Assembly: GCA_004764695.1 (NCBI GenBank)
Contig: SMSO01000032.1
Coordinates: 6,356,483-6,420,482 of the forward strand
Direction of reading: 5' to 3'
DNA: 64,000 bases
Source: Schizochytrium sp. TIO01
Lineage: Eukaryota; Protista; Bigyra: Labyrinthulomycetes
Positions 42,686-54,045 of this stretch are shown here, in pieces (within the stretch, counting starts at the first letter, position 1; every line of letters begins with the position of its first letter). The notes under the pieces were generated by a model. That model worked only from the letters and a program-made list of their open reading frames with translations. It had not been told where the DNA came from and did not search any database. A program made the position numbers and the translations under genes.

Positions 42686-45477
42686 TCCTTCTTCTCTTTC
42701 AGACTCCGTGCTTCTTTCTCCTTATTCGCCCTTCCTCGAAGCCGCCCATCTGAGCTCAGATTTCGCCACTGCCACCGTTCAAAAGTCCTAGATTCTCAAA
42801 GCACTCCGTCATTCTCATTTCTCATTCATTTCGTTCATTCATTCATTCACTCATCCATCTTGATTAATCAATCAATCACAATATCAATGACTCAAAGCAG
42901 GTTAGGCAGCTAGGTAGGGAATAAGTACTGCTAGGAATCTTTTAAAACAGAGCGTCTCAGCTGTAAAATTACCTATTATGGTGACGGTGGCAAAAGCAAA
43001 TGGACTTCTGCAAGTTTCGTGATGCTCTGATGCTTTCCAACTGTATCCTATCGATGGCTGCCAAAGACACGGCTGTTGTTGCTACTTACTACCTGACAGG
43101 CACTTTTTGCTTGGTTTTTTTTGTTTGTTTTCAAGTCGATGGCGAATCATTGGTCATGGATGGGCCCTTCGCATCATCGTCGCCTATCGCATTGATTCGA
43201 TGCATTCGCTTCGATAGCCGGACCGTAGAAAGACAGACAAACTTGATTCTCACTCACTCACTCACTCACTCCACTCACTCCACACTCACTCTATTTCTTT
43301 ATTTCTTTCTTTATTTATTTTTTAATGATATGATAAAATAAATCTCAACTGTACAAATAACATAGACATAGGTAGGTACAGCGTTGCCTCCCTATTGTTG
43401 CTCTTAGGCACGAGTTACTAAGATTCTTCCGCACGTTCATTCGCTCTGATAGGGACTAAATACTGGTTTTCCAATACATACTACTGCTATCACCGTAAAA
43501 GTTCAAAAACTAAACAAAACAAAACAAAACAAAACTAAACTCTGTTTTCCCTTCTTCTGTCTTTGAGTTAAAGCAGAAACCAAAATGAATAGACATTGAA
43601 AGAGAGAGCTCCCTCTCAACAGGGACCTGGAAGTTCCCACTGCTACAGCGGCAACTACCCAAAACCTATCATCGCTCTCTCTCTATTTATCGCATCGTCT
43701 TCCAAGAGCAATTCGCTATTCGCCTGCCGCTAAGGGCTTCTACTGCCGCAGGTAGGGGTCTCGAATTGCTTGCGAATACGGCTTTGGCTCAATGCAATTC
43801 TTGCCCATGAACATGCAATGAACTTGCCTCGCTTTGCAGGATTTGCTTGCTTTCCAAGGCACAACTGAGTCTCGAGGAGAGCAAGAAATCCAAGCGCCGG
43901 CCAAAACAAGGCAGCTCACGCGGAATAAATGAATGAATGAATGTATGCATGAATGAATGCATGTATGTATCTGCGTATCTGTGTATATCTATGTATCTAT
44001 ATCGACGTATTTTCACCAAGAAAGGGATGAGAAAACAGATAAGTCAATGATATGTATGTTTCAATCATCTCTGAGTGAGTGCAATAGATAAATAATAAGG
44101 CTTCTTCGTTCTGGCCATGCGGCGGTGTATTTGTTTGTTTGCTAAAAAGTTTAGAGAATTGGATTTCCGAGTTCTTTGTGTAGTTTTGCAGCTCAGCAGC
44201 AACAGCAGCAAAGCAGCGCAAGGAATCACGAAAGGTTCTGCCTCCGCAGCGCCGCTTCCCGTGGGTCCGTGACCCCGTCTCGGCTTTGGCTCAACTTTAA
44301 GCTCCAATCACCTCGAGTTTGCAGACAAGAGTCCAACTCTTGGAATCCATTCACTCACTCACTCTCTTTCATCCTCCTTGTAATCAATGTAATTGTAATT
44401 TTTATAAATAATACTTTAAAATGATAACAACAAAACAAATAGTAACAATTTTTAATTCACAAACAAACAAACAAAACAAACAAATTAAAAAACTGTAAAC
44501 TTCTGCTTTTCCTCAATGATATATTGCAGTTCTCCGCTTTTGCCTTCGCCTCGAACTGCTGTGACGCATGCAAGAATGCATGCAAGAGCGCATTAAAGCA
44601 CCACGAAACCCTTCGGAGGTCTTCGCAGCTCTTCGACGACCCGGCCTGCCTTGCTTGAGAGGCCAATCGCTGTCCTTCGAGGCTTCGGCTTTCAGATTGT
44701 GTCTCACCTCGCGGATCCTGAGGCCGTTGTGCACACTCACTACTAGTACCGCACCTCCAGGCCCTTCTCGAGATCCTGCGCCCAGTAGCCGCCACATACC
44801 CAAAACCGTAGCACCTCCACCAGTTGAAAGGAGCAGGTCAACCGGCCAGCTCCCTCGAAAATGGGTTCCGCAACTCCTACTGGAGCAGATAGGATTGCGG
44901 GTAGGGACCCGGCAGGTAGGGCTCCGATAGGCGCCGGTAGGAGCGCCAGCTAGTCCCACTTTGAGCGCGTGGCGCAAAGAGAGGAACGAAGGACACCGCG
45001 TTTACAGTGGACCTTCATCTTGAAGCTTCAAGTTTAGCACCGCTGCGTTCGATATCGAAGGCGCGCCCTCGAGGGAGAGTTGAGTTTGCCGCCATGCGGG
45101 TCACGGGAGAAGGTTTCGGACAGACTCCCGCGGCTTCGGAGGACAAGGGGAGACCAAGGCAGAGAAAGTTGAGCTGGAGTCGGAAAAACGAAAATGAGAA
45201 CTTTTGACAAATAAAAATGCGATCTTAAAGACGGGAGTTGCAACTAAAAGAGATGACCCAACGCTCTTCATTTCTTTTGCATTTTAAGTTTTTATTTTCA
45301 ATATATATTATATATGTATGTATATAATTTAATTTTAACCAGCACACAATTGGAGTTTAAAACATTGCTATTCTTTCGCTTATTGGAATCATTATTATTG
45401 TTATTTATTATTCTGGCTGACACCTTTTAAAAACTAAATGTCATCCAAATAATAGCAGACGAAGAATTCATTTGTGC

Positions 45478-45645
45478 TTTTGAATTTCAACTTTTCAACT
45501 TTTTAACTTTTCAACTTTTGAATTTGAACTTTTGAATTTTGAACTTTCCAATTTGAACTCTTGAATTTGAAATTTGAATTTGAACTTTTGAACTTTCGAA
45601 TTTGAATTTCAACTTTTGAACTTTTGAACTTTTGAATTTGAAATG
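45478..45645. repeat. Degenerate minisatellite built from TTTTGAAC/TTTGAA/TTTTCAAC units
   Basis: About 165 nt made almost entirely of 6-8 nt variants. Confidence 0.9.
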
Positions 45646-46934
45646 AGGTTTCAAGCAAAGCGTGAAAGAGGCAAAGCGGCCGAGGGAAAGAAAGCTCAGG
45701 ACCCGGCAGGGCCGGCGTCCCGACGGCCGACGCTGCTCCCTCCCGTGCGCCTGCTGCTCTGCTGGCCAGCCAGGTCCCGCCAGCGCCGCCCGGCCTCGCT
45801 CTGCCTGCCTTGTCAGGCCTTGCTCGCGAGCCTGCCCATGTATACATGCGTACTTACTTAGAGAGGAGAGAGAGAGGGAGAGAGACCACGTGCACATGGA
45901 GGTCCAAAACGATGTGCTCGAGGCCCTCGCCTTCGCCTTCGCCTTCGCCTTCGCCCTCACCTTCACCGCTACCGCCACCTCGAGCATCACCTTCGAGGAG
46001 GGCGCGGGACCGCGACGCCGCGACCGCGCCAGGGTCGAGCGGTGGATGGATTTATGGATGGATGGGCGGGTGGGCGGGAACTGGGAACCGCGGGATCAAG
46101 GCGGTTTCTTGGTTTCTTGAGCTGGTCCATCCATCATCCGTTTCTGTGCGAGGCTTTCGAGCATTTCCTCGCTCGCTCGCGACGCCGCGGCGAGGCGGGA
46201 GGCAGGGAGGCAGGCCCCTGCGGCCTCGAGCCCGCGTCCGCCATTGCTTCAGGCCTCGCCAGGATCTCTTCGGGTCGGGTTCGAGCGCGAGATATCTATC
46301 TACCCATCGCGGGAGCACAGGCACATGAATGACTATAGAAATAAAGAGAGAAAGGCGAACAAATCAATCAATCAATCAATCAATCAATCCAAACAACGTC
46401 CATCATGGTGCTGCGGAATTCGGAATGGGCAGCCGTTACCTCCCCCAGCGGCGGCGGCGGGGAGACCGCCTCTCGCGCTTGGCGAGACCGGACACCTTGC
46501 GGGAGCAGCGCTGCCTTCCCCTCGCACGCGCCCTCGCCGCCGTCTTGAAACACGCGCTCCTCGAGCCAAGCCCTCCTCGAGGGAGTTAGTTCAAGGCCGC
46601 CGTCTCCGCGTTCATGGACGCCTCAATACGGTACTACGATTCGAAATCCTTTCTTTGCATCACTATCTTTCGTTCTTTGGACGCTAACATATTCGGTGTG
46701 TTCCATCCATCCACACTAACTAAGAGTCGAACGAACGACTGCCAAGGAGCCTCGTTTGAATTTTAATTTACATTTGAGTCCTTCTTCTGCTACTCAGGTC
46801 TTTCTCTGCCCATTATACCTGCATAAAACTTACCGAAGAAGAGAAGGGCTTTGAATGAATCAAACTTCGAGGAACAATTTGTTGTTGTTTTCAACAAAAC
46901 AAATTATTTTCAACTAAAGAAATAACTTTACAAG

Positions 46935-46985
46935 AAAAGGAAAGAAAAGGAAAGGAAAAGGAAAAAGAAAAAGGAAAAGAAAAAG
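46935..46985. repeat. Polypurine (GGAAAA)n-like tract
   Basis: Seen directly. Confidence 0.85.
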
Positions 46986-47830
46986 AAGATAGACAGGTAA
47001 AAGCCCACACAGTATTGGTCGCGCGAGCTAGCTCGGGATCTGGGAGCGGCGAGCGTTAAAGTGCTGGTCCCTCGAACGCATCCGCTCGCTTCGGGCACAC
47101 CCGCCATTGCAATGGCTCTCTCTCCCTCTTCTTTAGTCGCCTCCTTGCCTGCGTCCTGAAGACCTTGCTCGCTCGGCTTCGCGCCGCAAATGCAGCGCAG
47201 AGGAGCGAAAGAAACCATTCTTCTCCTTCTCCCTCTTCTTCGTTCTCCTTCTGCTGCTGCATATCTAAGCGCACAGTTAATCAGTCAGTCGTCAGTTAGT
47301 TGGTTAGTCAGTCATGGTTGGTCAGTTAGTTAGATAGATAGATAGTTAGTCCGCGTTTCGAGGCGAAAGCACAGCGAAAGTGCGGTCGAAGTTTATGGAT
47401 GTGGGGTCGAATTGAGGCCTTTCGCAGTCGTTGCTGACGACACGTCGAGAAACGCGGACCAAAACAGCGACCGCACAGACGGCTCTGATTGAAACAGGCA
47501 GGCCATGGCGCGAGAAGGCCTCGCTCTTCTGCCAGCGGCGTATGTGCTGCAGAGACCTGCCTCGCTCGAGGCGCCTTCGAGGAGGGAGGGAGATTGCTTT
47601 CTCCTCGGAGCTCGTGGAGAATGAATGAATGAAAGAATGATTGATTGAATGATCGAATGAATGATCGAATGAAAGAATGATCGAATGAAAGAAAGAAGGA
47701 AAACGCGAGCGCTGCGATTGCGAAGAAACCCGTGCGAGTGCCGGAGGAACGTCCACTTAATGGTTGGGGAAGAGACGGGCCGAAGCCCGCTTTGTTGCGG
47801 TTCAGGCGTAGCATTATAGTGGCGCTTGCT

Positions 47831-47933
47831 CATGATATTCTTCATGATATTCTTCATGATATTCTTCATGATATTCTTCATGATATTCTTCATGATATTC
47901 TTCATGATATTCTTCATGATATTCTTCATGATA
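47831..47933. repeat. Perfect 12-bp tandem repeat (CATGATATTCTT)x8 plus a partial copy
   Basis: Eight identical units at 47831-47926 followed by CATGATA. Confidence 0.97.
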
Positions 47934-49300
47934 GTGGCATTGAGAGAGCGACGGTGAGAAAAGCGAGAAAGCGTTCTCTGCTTTGAACACTCTCTTCAGC
48001 CAAACTTCCTCTCTTCAGTTGATGACTTCTCATAGGAGGAGCGCATACATACATAAAAACAAACAAACAAACACACTTCGAGTTCCGCTCCTCCGTATGA
48101 TTCTCTATAGATAGCCGGTAGTAATGATGATGGACACTCAGCGGTGTTCTCTCTTTCTTTCGAGTTAGACTTTCGAGTTAGACTTTCGATGAAGATTGGT
48201 TTCATTGATGGCTTTTCTATCTCAAGTTTATGGGTTTTAATCTTAATCTTTATCTTTTATTTTCATTTTCATTTTCATTTTCATTTTCATTTTTTTTACA
48301 TTTCAAAAAGTTAATATTATTAATATTATACAAAATGAAGGGGCTGGTTTTATTTTTTACTTAAATTTAAAAAAAAAAAAAAAAAAAAAGTTGAATGAAG
48401 GCCTTCTCTTTCGCAGATGTTGAAGCCATAGCGATGACGACTCTGCATCTCATCGGCGAATCTGTGACGATCGTCGTCGATTGCGGTGGTATTAAGGGCC
48501 GCTCAGAGCGCTTGAAGCTCGGATAACTCGGGTTCTGCGGTGCTCCCAAAGCCTCGTTTCGTTTTCCTGCTCGAGAACATGCGGAAATGAAGGGTATATA
48601 TAAATAATAACACAGTCAGTGAGTGTACGATGTGAGCGAGAGAGGACTTCTTTCGCTGTTCCCCTGCCGTGCCTTCATCCTGGCGAGGTTCCAGCTCGCT
48701 TTGGGTTCTTGCCATTTGCTGTTCTTCTCTGAGTCCTGCCCCATTCTTTGTGCTCCTGCTCCGCCAATCACCCACCGCGAGGGGGGGAGAGGGCGAACTC
48801 CGGTGTCTCCACAAGCTTCTCGCCGCCACAGAAAAGCAGGCTGGAGCGCCGCATTGTCCGCGCCTCAACGAGGCTGTGACAGCGCGTATCTATCTATCTA
48901 TCTGTCTATTTTTATCTGTCTGCCTAATATCTCAGACCTCTTTCTCTTCCTTCACAAAGAAGAAGAAACGATTACTGTACTTTTCACAATTAAAAAGAAA
49001 GAAAGAAAGAGAGAATTAAATTAAAGGTTGTAAATTTAATAATGATGGTAATAATAGTAATCATAATAATAACTAAAAACTGTTTTTTGTTAATTATCAC
49101 GCGATTTGTCTCCTTCCTTTTTCCTTCTGTTTCAAACTGGGAATGCGATGAAGAGGGAATACTTTGAATACGACCATTATGAATAGTGTCTAAAAAGAAG
49201 AACCTACTCTGGTAGGAGCAGCTACCCGAGGGCCTAGCCAGGTGCTACGTGCGTTCAGGTTGAGGACTCCAGAATTCGCGCTGTCTTCTGCTGTTTGACG

Positions 49301-49455
49301 CACTCCCTCACTCCCTCACTCCCTCCCTCACTCACTCACTCCCTCCCTCACTCACTCACTCACTCACTCACTCCTTCACTCATTCTTCGCAACGTTGAAC
49401 TTCTGACTCACTCACTCACTCACTCACTCACTCAGGCAGGCAGGCAGGCAGGCAG
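49301..49455. repeat. Compound (CACT/CCCT)n then (CAGG)n microsatellite
   Basis: Seen directly. Confidence 0.9.
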
Positions 49456-49977
49456 GAGCGAAGGCGTTGGGCTCCGCATCGACACGCTCCGAGGAGCGCC
49501 GGGCACTGCACAGGCTACCATCGTGCCATGCCTGGCCAACTTGCGGCCTCGCATTGCCCTCGCGAAGGCGTGTGCTTTGCTTGCAGTCCCTGCTGCTGAT
49601 GCATGACCAGTTCCTGTGCCTGCGAACTATTGGCAAGTTGTACTATTTGGAAAACGCCAACAAGACAGAAGCGGCGAACGGCTATGTCCTCTCCCCAATA
49701 GTCAATTAGTATGGCAAATAAAGGTACACCCAATCTTGTCAATATATAGTATGACAAACAGAAGCAAGCAGGTGCACACCCTTCGTGGCAGCTGAGAGCG
49801 CTTCGTTGCGAGAGAGCTTGCGGACTTAGCTATGGCGCAGGCATTGGCACTGCGAGCTTGCGGGGAGCAAGAACGACAAAGCCTGCTCGACACTGATGAT
49901 TGCAGGGAAACTGCACGCGACCTGGGTCAGCTCTGCGCAGAGGGGACGAAGAAGCTTGGGCAAGGGGACGGAAGGAG

Positions 49978-51156
49978 ATGAGAGACAGCGTGTGCTGGGT
50001 CTGTGCGATCGACCTAGCAGGTAGAACTGAGCTTGTTGAGCACGAAGGACAGAGAGAACACTTGGAGATATTGTATAAACAGGCACTTGGAGAAGATGAC
50101 GATGCTGATGGAAGGCGGAGGACACGCCGTCGCAACAAACTTCTTCGGCTTTGCCTTGGGGATGCTCACCGCGATGAACTTATGCGAGAACGCATAGGAC
50201 CCCTCTGGACTATTGAGCAACTGACAGAGAACCAAGAAAACACTGAGGAGACGCAGCAGCTGGACGAAAAGCGCACCATTGACCGTCCTAGTTCTTCTCG
50301 ATCACCATCTCCGCAAGATAGAATTGAAACTCTTCATGCATCTCGTATCGTGGGCAGCCAGAATCAGACTGACATGAGTATTGAGGCCTATGAAAATGAT
50401 GCATTAAAGCTTTATTTTTGTTCGTGCATTTTAGGATGGCGTGTGGGCAAATGTGAACATAAATGCCATGAGAGGAGCCAACTTGACGCAGCTTCCTTAC
50501 GGCGACAAGTGTTTAAAGATCTTTTCACAACTCATGCTATTGAAGAGGAAGTAATAGAACGAAAACGATCTTTGCAGCGTGGTCTAAGTGCAATAAACCT
50601 TACAGATCTCGAGTACGATGCTCGATCCGAAGCCCAAGAAAATATTGCGGCCATGAAGAAGTCCTCTCTTTTGAAAATGCTGCAAAGGCGGATCAAGCAC
50701 ACAATCAAAACCCGTTTCTCTATGAACGACGAAGCAAGACGTTCACGCAGCCCTCTTGTCAATAGCTCTGTAAGATATAAGAGCTTTCATAAAGTACACG
50801 TCTTAGGTCACGAGATGCAACACCCTAAGTTGCTAATTGAGCAATACTCACCGACTTTGCCTGCACCTGCTAGTGAGGCTATTGCAAATGTGCAGCTTCA
50901 AGTGCGTCGCAAAACCGCACGTTTTCTTCCAGGTATTGAGAGCGACGAAACAATAATGGAAAGTAGTCCACTTCGTCCAAGTCATGATAGACGGCCTGTG
51001 TTTACGCGTGGAGACATCATGGAGCAACGCTTTGATGCTATGCGTGCAAAATGGCAACAAAAGATTCAAGAAACCCTTGACAAAAATCCCCGAGGGGCTT
51101 CTATTGCTAATTCGCTTTCATTCAAGATGAAGAAGAAACCCTCAGTCTCTTCATAA
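49978..51156 (+). CDS. Uncharacterised protein with an N-terminal matrin/U1-type C2H2 zinc finger and a SWIM-like CxC...CxH motif; 5' end uncertain (possible upstream exon spliced at 49905)
   Basis: CWVCAIDLAGRTELVEHEGQREH (C-x2-C-x12-H-x5-H) and FCSCILGWRVGKCEH. First ATG at 49978. The frame is open from 49900, right after CACTGAT...TTGCAG (branch/acceptor-like). Confidence 0.7.
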   Translation: MRDSVCWVCAIDLAGRTELVEHEGQREHLEILYKQALGEDDDADGRRRTRRRNKLLRLCLGDAHRDELMRERIGPLWTIEQLTENQENTEETQQLDEKRTIDRPSSSRSPSPQDRIETLHASRIVGSQNQTDMSIEAYENDALKLYFCSCILGWRVGKCEHKCHERSQLDAASLRRQVFKDLFTTHAIEEEVIERKRSLQRGLSAINLTDLEYDARSEAQENIAAMKKSSLLKMLQRRIKHTIKTRFSMNDEARRSRSPLVNSSVRYKSFHKVHVLGHEMQHPKLLIEQYSPTLPAPASEAIANVQLQVRRKTARFLPGIESDETIMESSPLRPSHDRRPVFTRGDIMEQRFDAMRAKWQQKIQETLDKNPRGASIANSLSFKMKKKPSVSS

Positions 51157-51194
51157 AGGATATAAAACATGCAGCCTATCGATGAATATTATTT

Positions 51195-51197
<3 letters not shown>

Positions 51198-51228
<31 letters not shown>
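51198..51228. repeat. Poly(T) tract of about 29 nt
   Basis: Seen directly, about 45 nt after the stop at 51156. Confidence 0.9.
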
Positions 51229-51231
<3 letters not shown>

Positions 51232-53283
51232 GAATAAAAAGAAAGTTTTTTTGTTTTGTTTTTTCAAGAACGAAGAACTGGTTGGATCTACCACTCTTTC
51301 TCGACCAATCTCGTCTTTCCATGTTTATATATATAACCAGCATCACTGATCGTCTATGAAATCTGAAGAGGTGATTAAACTTTCTTCTTCCTTATTTTTT
51401 CCCTCTGTAATTTCGAATCTAAAAGCTTTGGAAGGAAAGAAAGAAATCCCGCAATTTCTTCTTCCATGCATTATAGTAGTAGGTAGCTAGGTAGATAGAT
51501 AGGACTATCTTTTGAGGGGCGCGAGAGAGAAAGACCATGAGAACCACCATTTTCCGATCTCAAGTTGGATTTCTCTTGCTCCTTCAGAGACTACAAACTC
51601 TCCCCACACTACGAACGCCACCATGCTCACATTAATCGTTCTCAACCCAAACGAAGGTAACCTTCCTTCCTGGTCTGGCTCAGATCTACTCCGATCTTTC
51701 TGCTTGCCTGAAATACCTGTGGCTTCACGGTCTTCATATAAATTGGCTGTATTATTCTGGGCTCTCTTTACTTCTTCAAAGTAGTAGTAGCTAGTTATTG
51801 TCTCTCTAGGTGCCTAAGTCCTACTCTCAGCAGGTCGCGTCTCACTCTGTCTTCTATTTGCCATCAAAACTCCATCCGTTTGCCATCTAAAGTCGGCGGA
51901 AGTTCTACCTGCTGAGACCTTTTTCAGTGCTTGCATTACTCAAAACAACGATGAACCTCGATAGATAAATAAGCTTTGCTGCAATGACTTCAAGGGCGTC
52001 CTCTCCAGAATTCGGCTGACAACAACCAAAAGAGACCTCCATACCAGGGTCGCTGTGCTCTTAACGCAATGTTGGGGCTCAGTACATTCGCTGGATGCAA
52101 TCTGGAAGCGGAATGTCCACAGATCTTAGTGATAACATCGAGAACTGCAAATAACGAAGACCGCGAACTAAAAGAGGAGAGGCCAGGGCCACCACTGTCA
52201 ATATTCAACTCACATCGTAGCCTAGCATTTCTTGAGGTATGTATTGTCGTATGAGATTGATGAAATTGACATTATAGATCGTGTTGCTCGATCCTGATTA
52301 TCCTCCCTGGCATGATGACGGTTTGAGATTGCACAGAAAGATCTTGAGCGTCTCGAGTGGCAGCGTTTTCTAGGATGCTGTTTCGTAATAGACTCGAAGG
52401 TAGGTCCCTTTCTCATTTGGGCTGCGTCCCCAGGATTTAATTAGTTGCCCTATCTATGCGTAAGTGCAGCGAGCTAAGACTGAGGCCACGTACACTTCCT
52501 TAAAGAGCAATAGCACTATCAAGAACGAGACAAGGGAGAAAACAGGATTAAATAGACTTCAGAAGCTAATACTTGAGCAGACTGCCCCTCTTCCTCTTAC
52601 TACGAAAACGCATGTTTCGGGCATAGGATATTGTTCGAAAATGCGACTACTGTTTCAGATAAATCAATAATCCACTGTCTAACTCAAGGATACTGTTCAA
52701 GTCCCATGTCTTCCTTGGACCTCTTCCTACAGAGATGGTTGAACTCAAGTTGAACCCCAATTTTGTGAACCTATTCAACATGCTCCCTGGAAAGAAACCA
52801 GGGTACGGAAGACATGGTTCGATGCGAGGCGGCTGAATTAATCTTGCAAATAAGGAAAAAGTTTCGCCTGTTCTGACTTCGGCAAACGAAAACCTGAAAA
52901 GATGTCGTCTTCGAAGTGTATAATGTATAAATAAGGAAGAGCAAACTACAACATTAGACAAAAAGCAAGAGAAAAGGAACTTTTGCACAAGTGAGAGAAA
53001 TATTTGTGTAAATATTTAAGTTCGAGATGAATCTCAGGATGTTTTGCGTGCCGTAGCAGAGCAGTACAATAGTAATGTTGATTGAAAGAGGAAGTAGCAG
53101 TACAGAAATCTAAACAAAGAATACGCTCGACAACGAAGCATTGAGCGGATTCATGTATAGCATAACAAAGATCAGATGAAACTAACGCTCCAGTTTAAAA
53201 AACTGATGAAGGAGAGTAATAAATCCATTAAACCAAGGTTCTTTATCGATAAAAAGAAAGAAAAGAAACACAAGCAGCACAAA

Positions 53284-54045
53284 TTAGTCCCACCAGTCAT
53301 CGTCCTCATCGAGGTTTGCGGTCTTACTACGAATAGACTTTTCACTCTTCTCAAAACGGGACACATGTTTTTCTGAGCTAGCAGGGTTCTCAGGAGGATT
53401 ACCATCATGAAAGATTGCGCGGTGACGACCCAAAACAAAGGCGCACATCTCAGTGCTAAAGTCCTCAATACCACCGAATTCATCAAGACCGGTGATTGTG
53501 TGCTGGGTTGTACCATTAATGGCAATCACAATGGAAGGCAACATCCAGATCTTAAGGCGCTCCACCAAGAAAGGGCTCTTCTCTGCATCGACCTTGATAA
53601 ACTTGGTCTCGAGGTGACCAGGGGCCAAATCGCGCAAGTGACGATCAATAATATCGCAACTACGAGTAGCAGAGCGGAAGAAGTGGATAACGACACGCTC
53701 GCTTCCCTTTACCTCAGTGAAAAACTCCTTCTCACCATGAATTTCATGGTATTCACCGTGGCCAAGAGCCTTCCAGTTCTCATTCTTGACAGCCTGCTTG
53801 CGCATGGCCTCACGACGGCGTTCACGCATTTGCTCAAGAGCGTCTTCGCCCATATCCTCCATCTCATTAAGACGGCGAATGTCTTCATCCATCTTGTCTT
53901 CCACATGCTGGAGGGTCTTGAGCACGTTCTTGGCCATGGCACGCTCCATGTAGGCCTGTTGTTGCTCAATGCCAGCCATCATTTGCTGCTTCTGCATCTC
54001 CATTGCGAGACGCTCACGGGCCTCGACCTTGGCGTCGTCCGACAT
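53284..54045 (-). CDS. TXNDC9: Thioredoxin domain-containing protein 9 / phosducin-like protein 3 (CCT co-chaperone)
   Basis: GHGEYHEIHGEKEFFTEVKGSERVVIHFFR...LETKFIKVDAEKSPFLVERLKIWMLP...GLDEFGG and an acidic tail. First ATG at 54045 (MSDDAK). Confidence 0.93.
   Translation of the reverse strand: MSDDAKVEARERLAMEMQKQQMMAGIEQQQAYMERAMAKNVLKTLQHVEDKMDEDIRRLNEMEDMGEDALEQMRERRREAMRKQAVKNENWKALGHGEYHEIHGEKEFFTEVKGSERVVIHFFRSATRSCDIIDRHLRDLAPGHLETKFIKVDAEKSPFLVERLKIWMLPSIVIAINGTTQHTITGLDEFGGIEDFSTEMCAFVLGRHRAIFHDGNPPENPASSEKHVSRFEKSEKSIRSKTANLDEDDDWWD

Noticed and set aside
44818-44842. CCAGTTGAAAGGAGCAGGTCAA resembling SRP RNA helix 8
   Set aside because: It lacks the full CAGG-NNN-GNRA-NNN-AGCA spacing, and no Alu domain is visible.
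47831-47933. CRISPR array
   Set aside because: No spacers, a 12-bp unit, eukaryotic context and no cas genes.
45503-47986. Many 100-180-aa overlapping ORFs (e.g. MKNI repeats, AFAFAF, SPSPSP)
   Set aside because: They are products of tandem repeats and high GC, with no protein-like signal.
25371-48187. 13-mer GAGTTAGACTTTC at 25371 and tandemly at 48162 and 48175
   Set aside because: Shared 13-mers are expected by chance in 64 kb, and the tandem copy is simple slippage.
1-54045. CCT7 and its co-chaperone PhLP3 as a functional cluster
   Set aside because: They are 52 kb and a dozen unrelated genes apart, which is consistent with coincidence.
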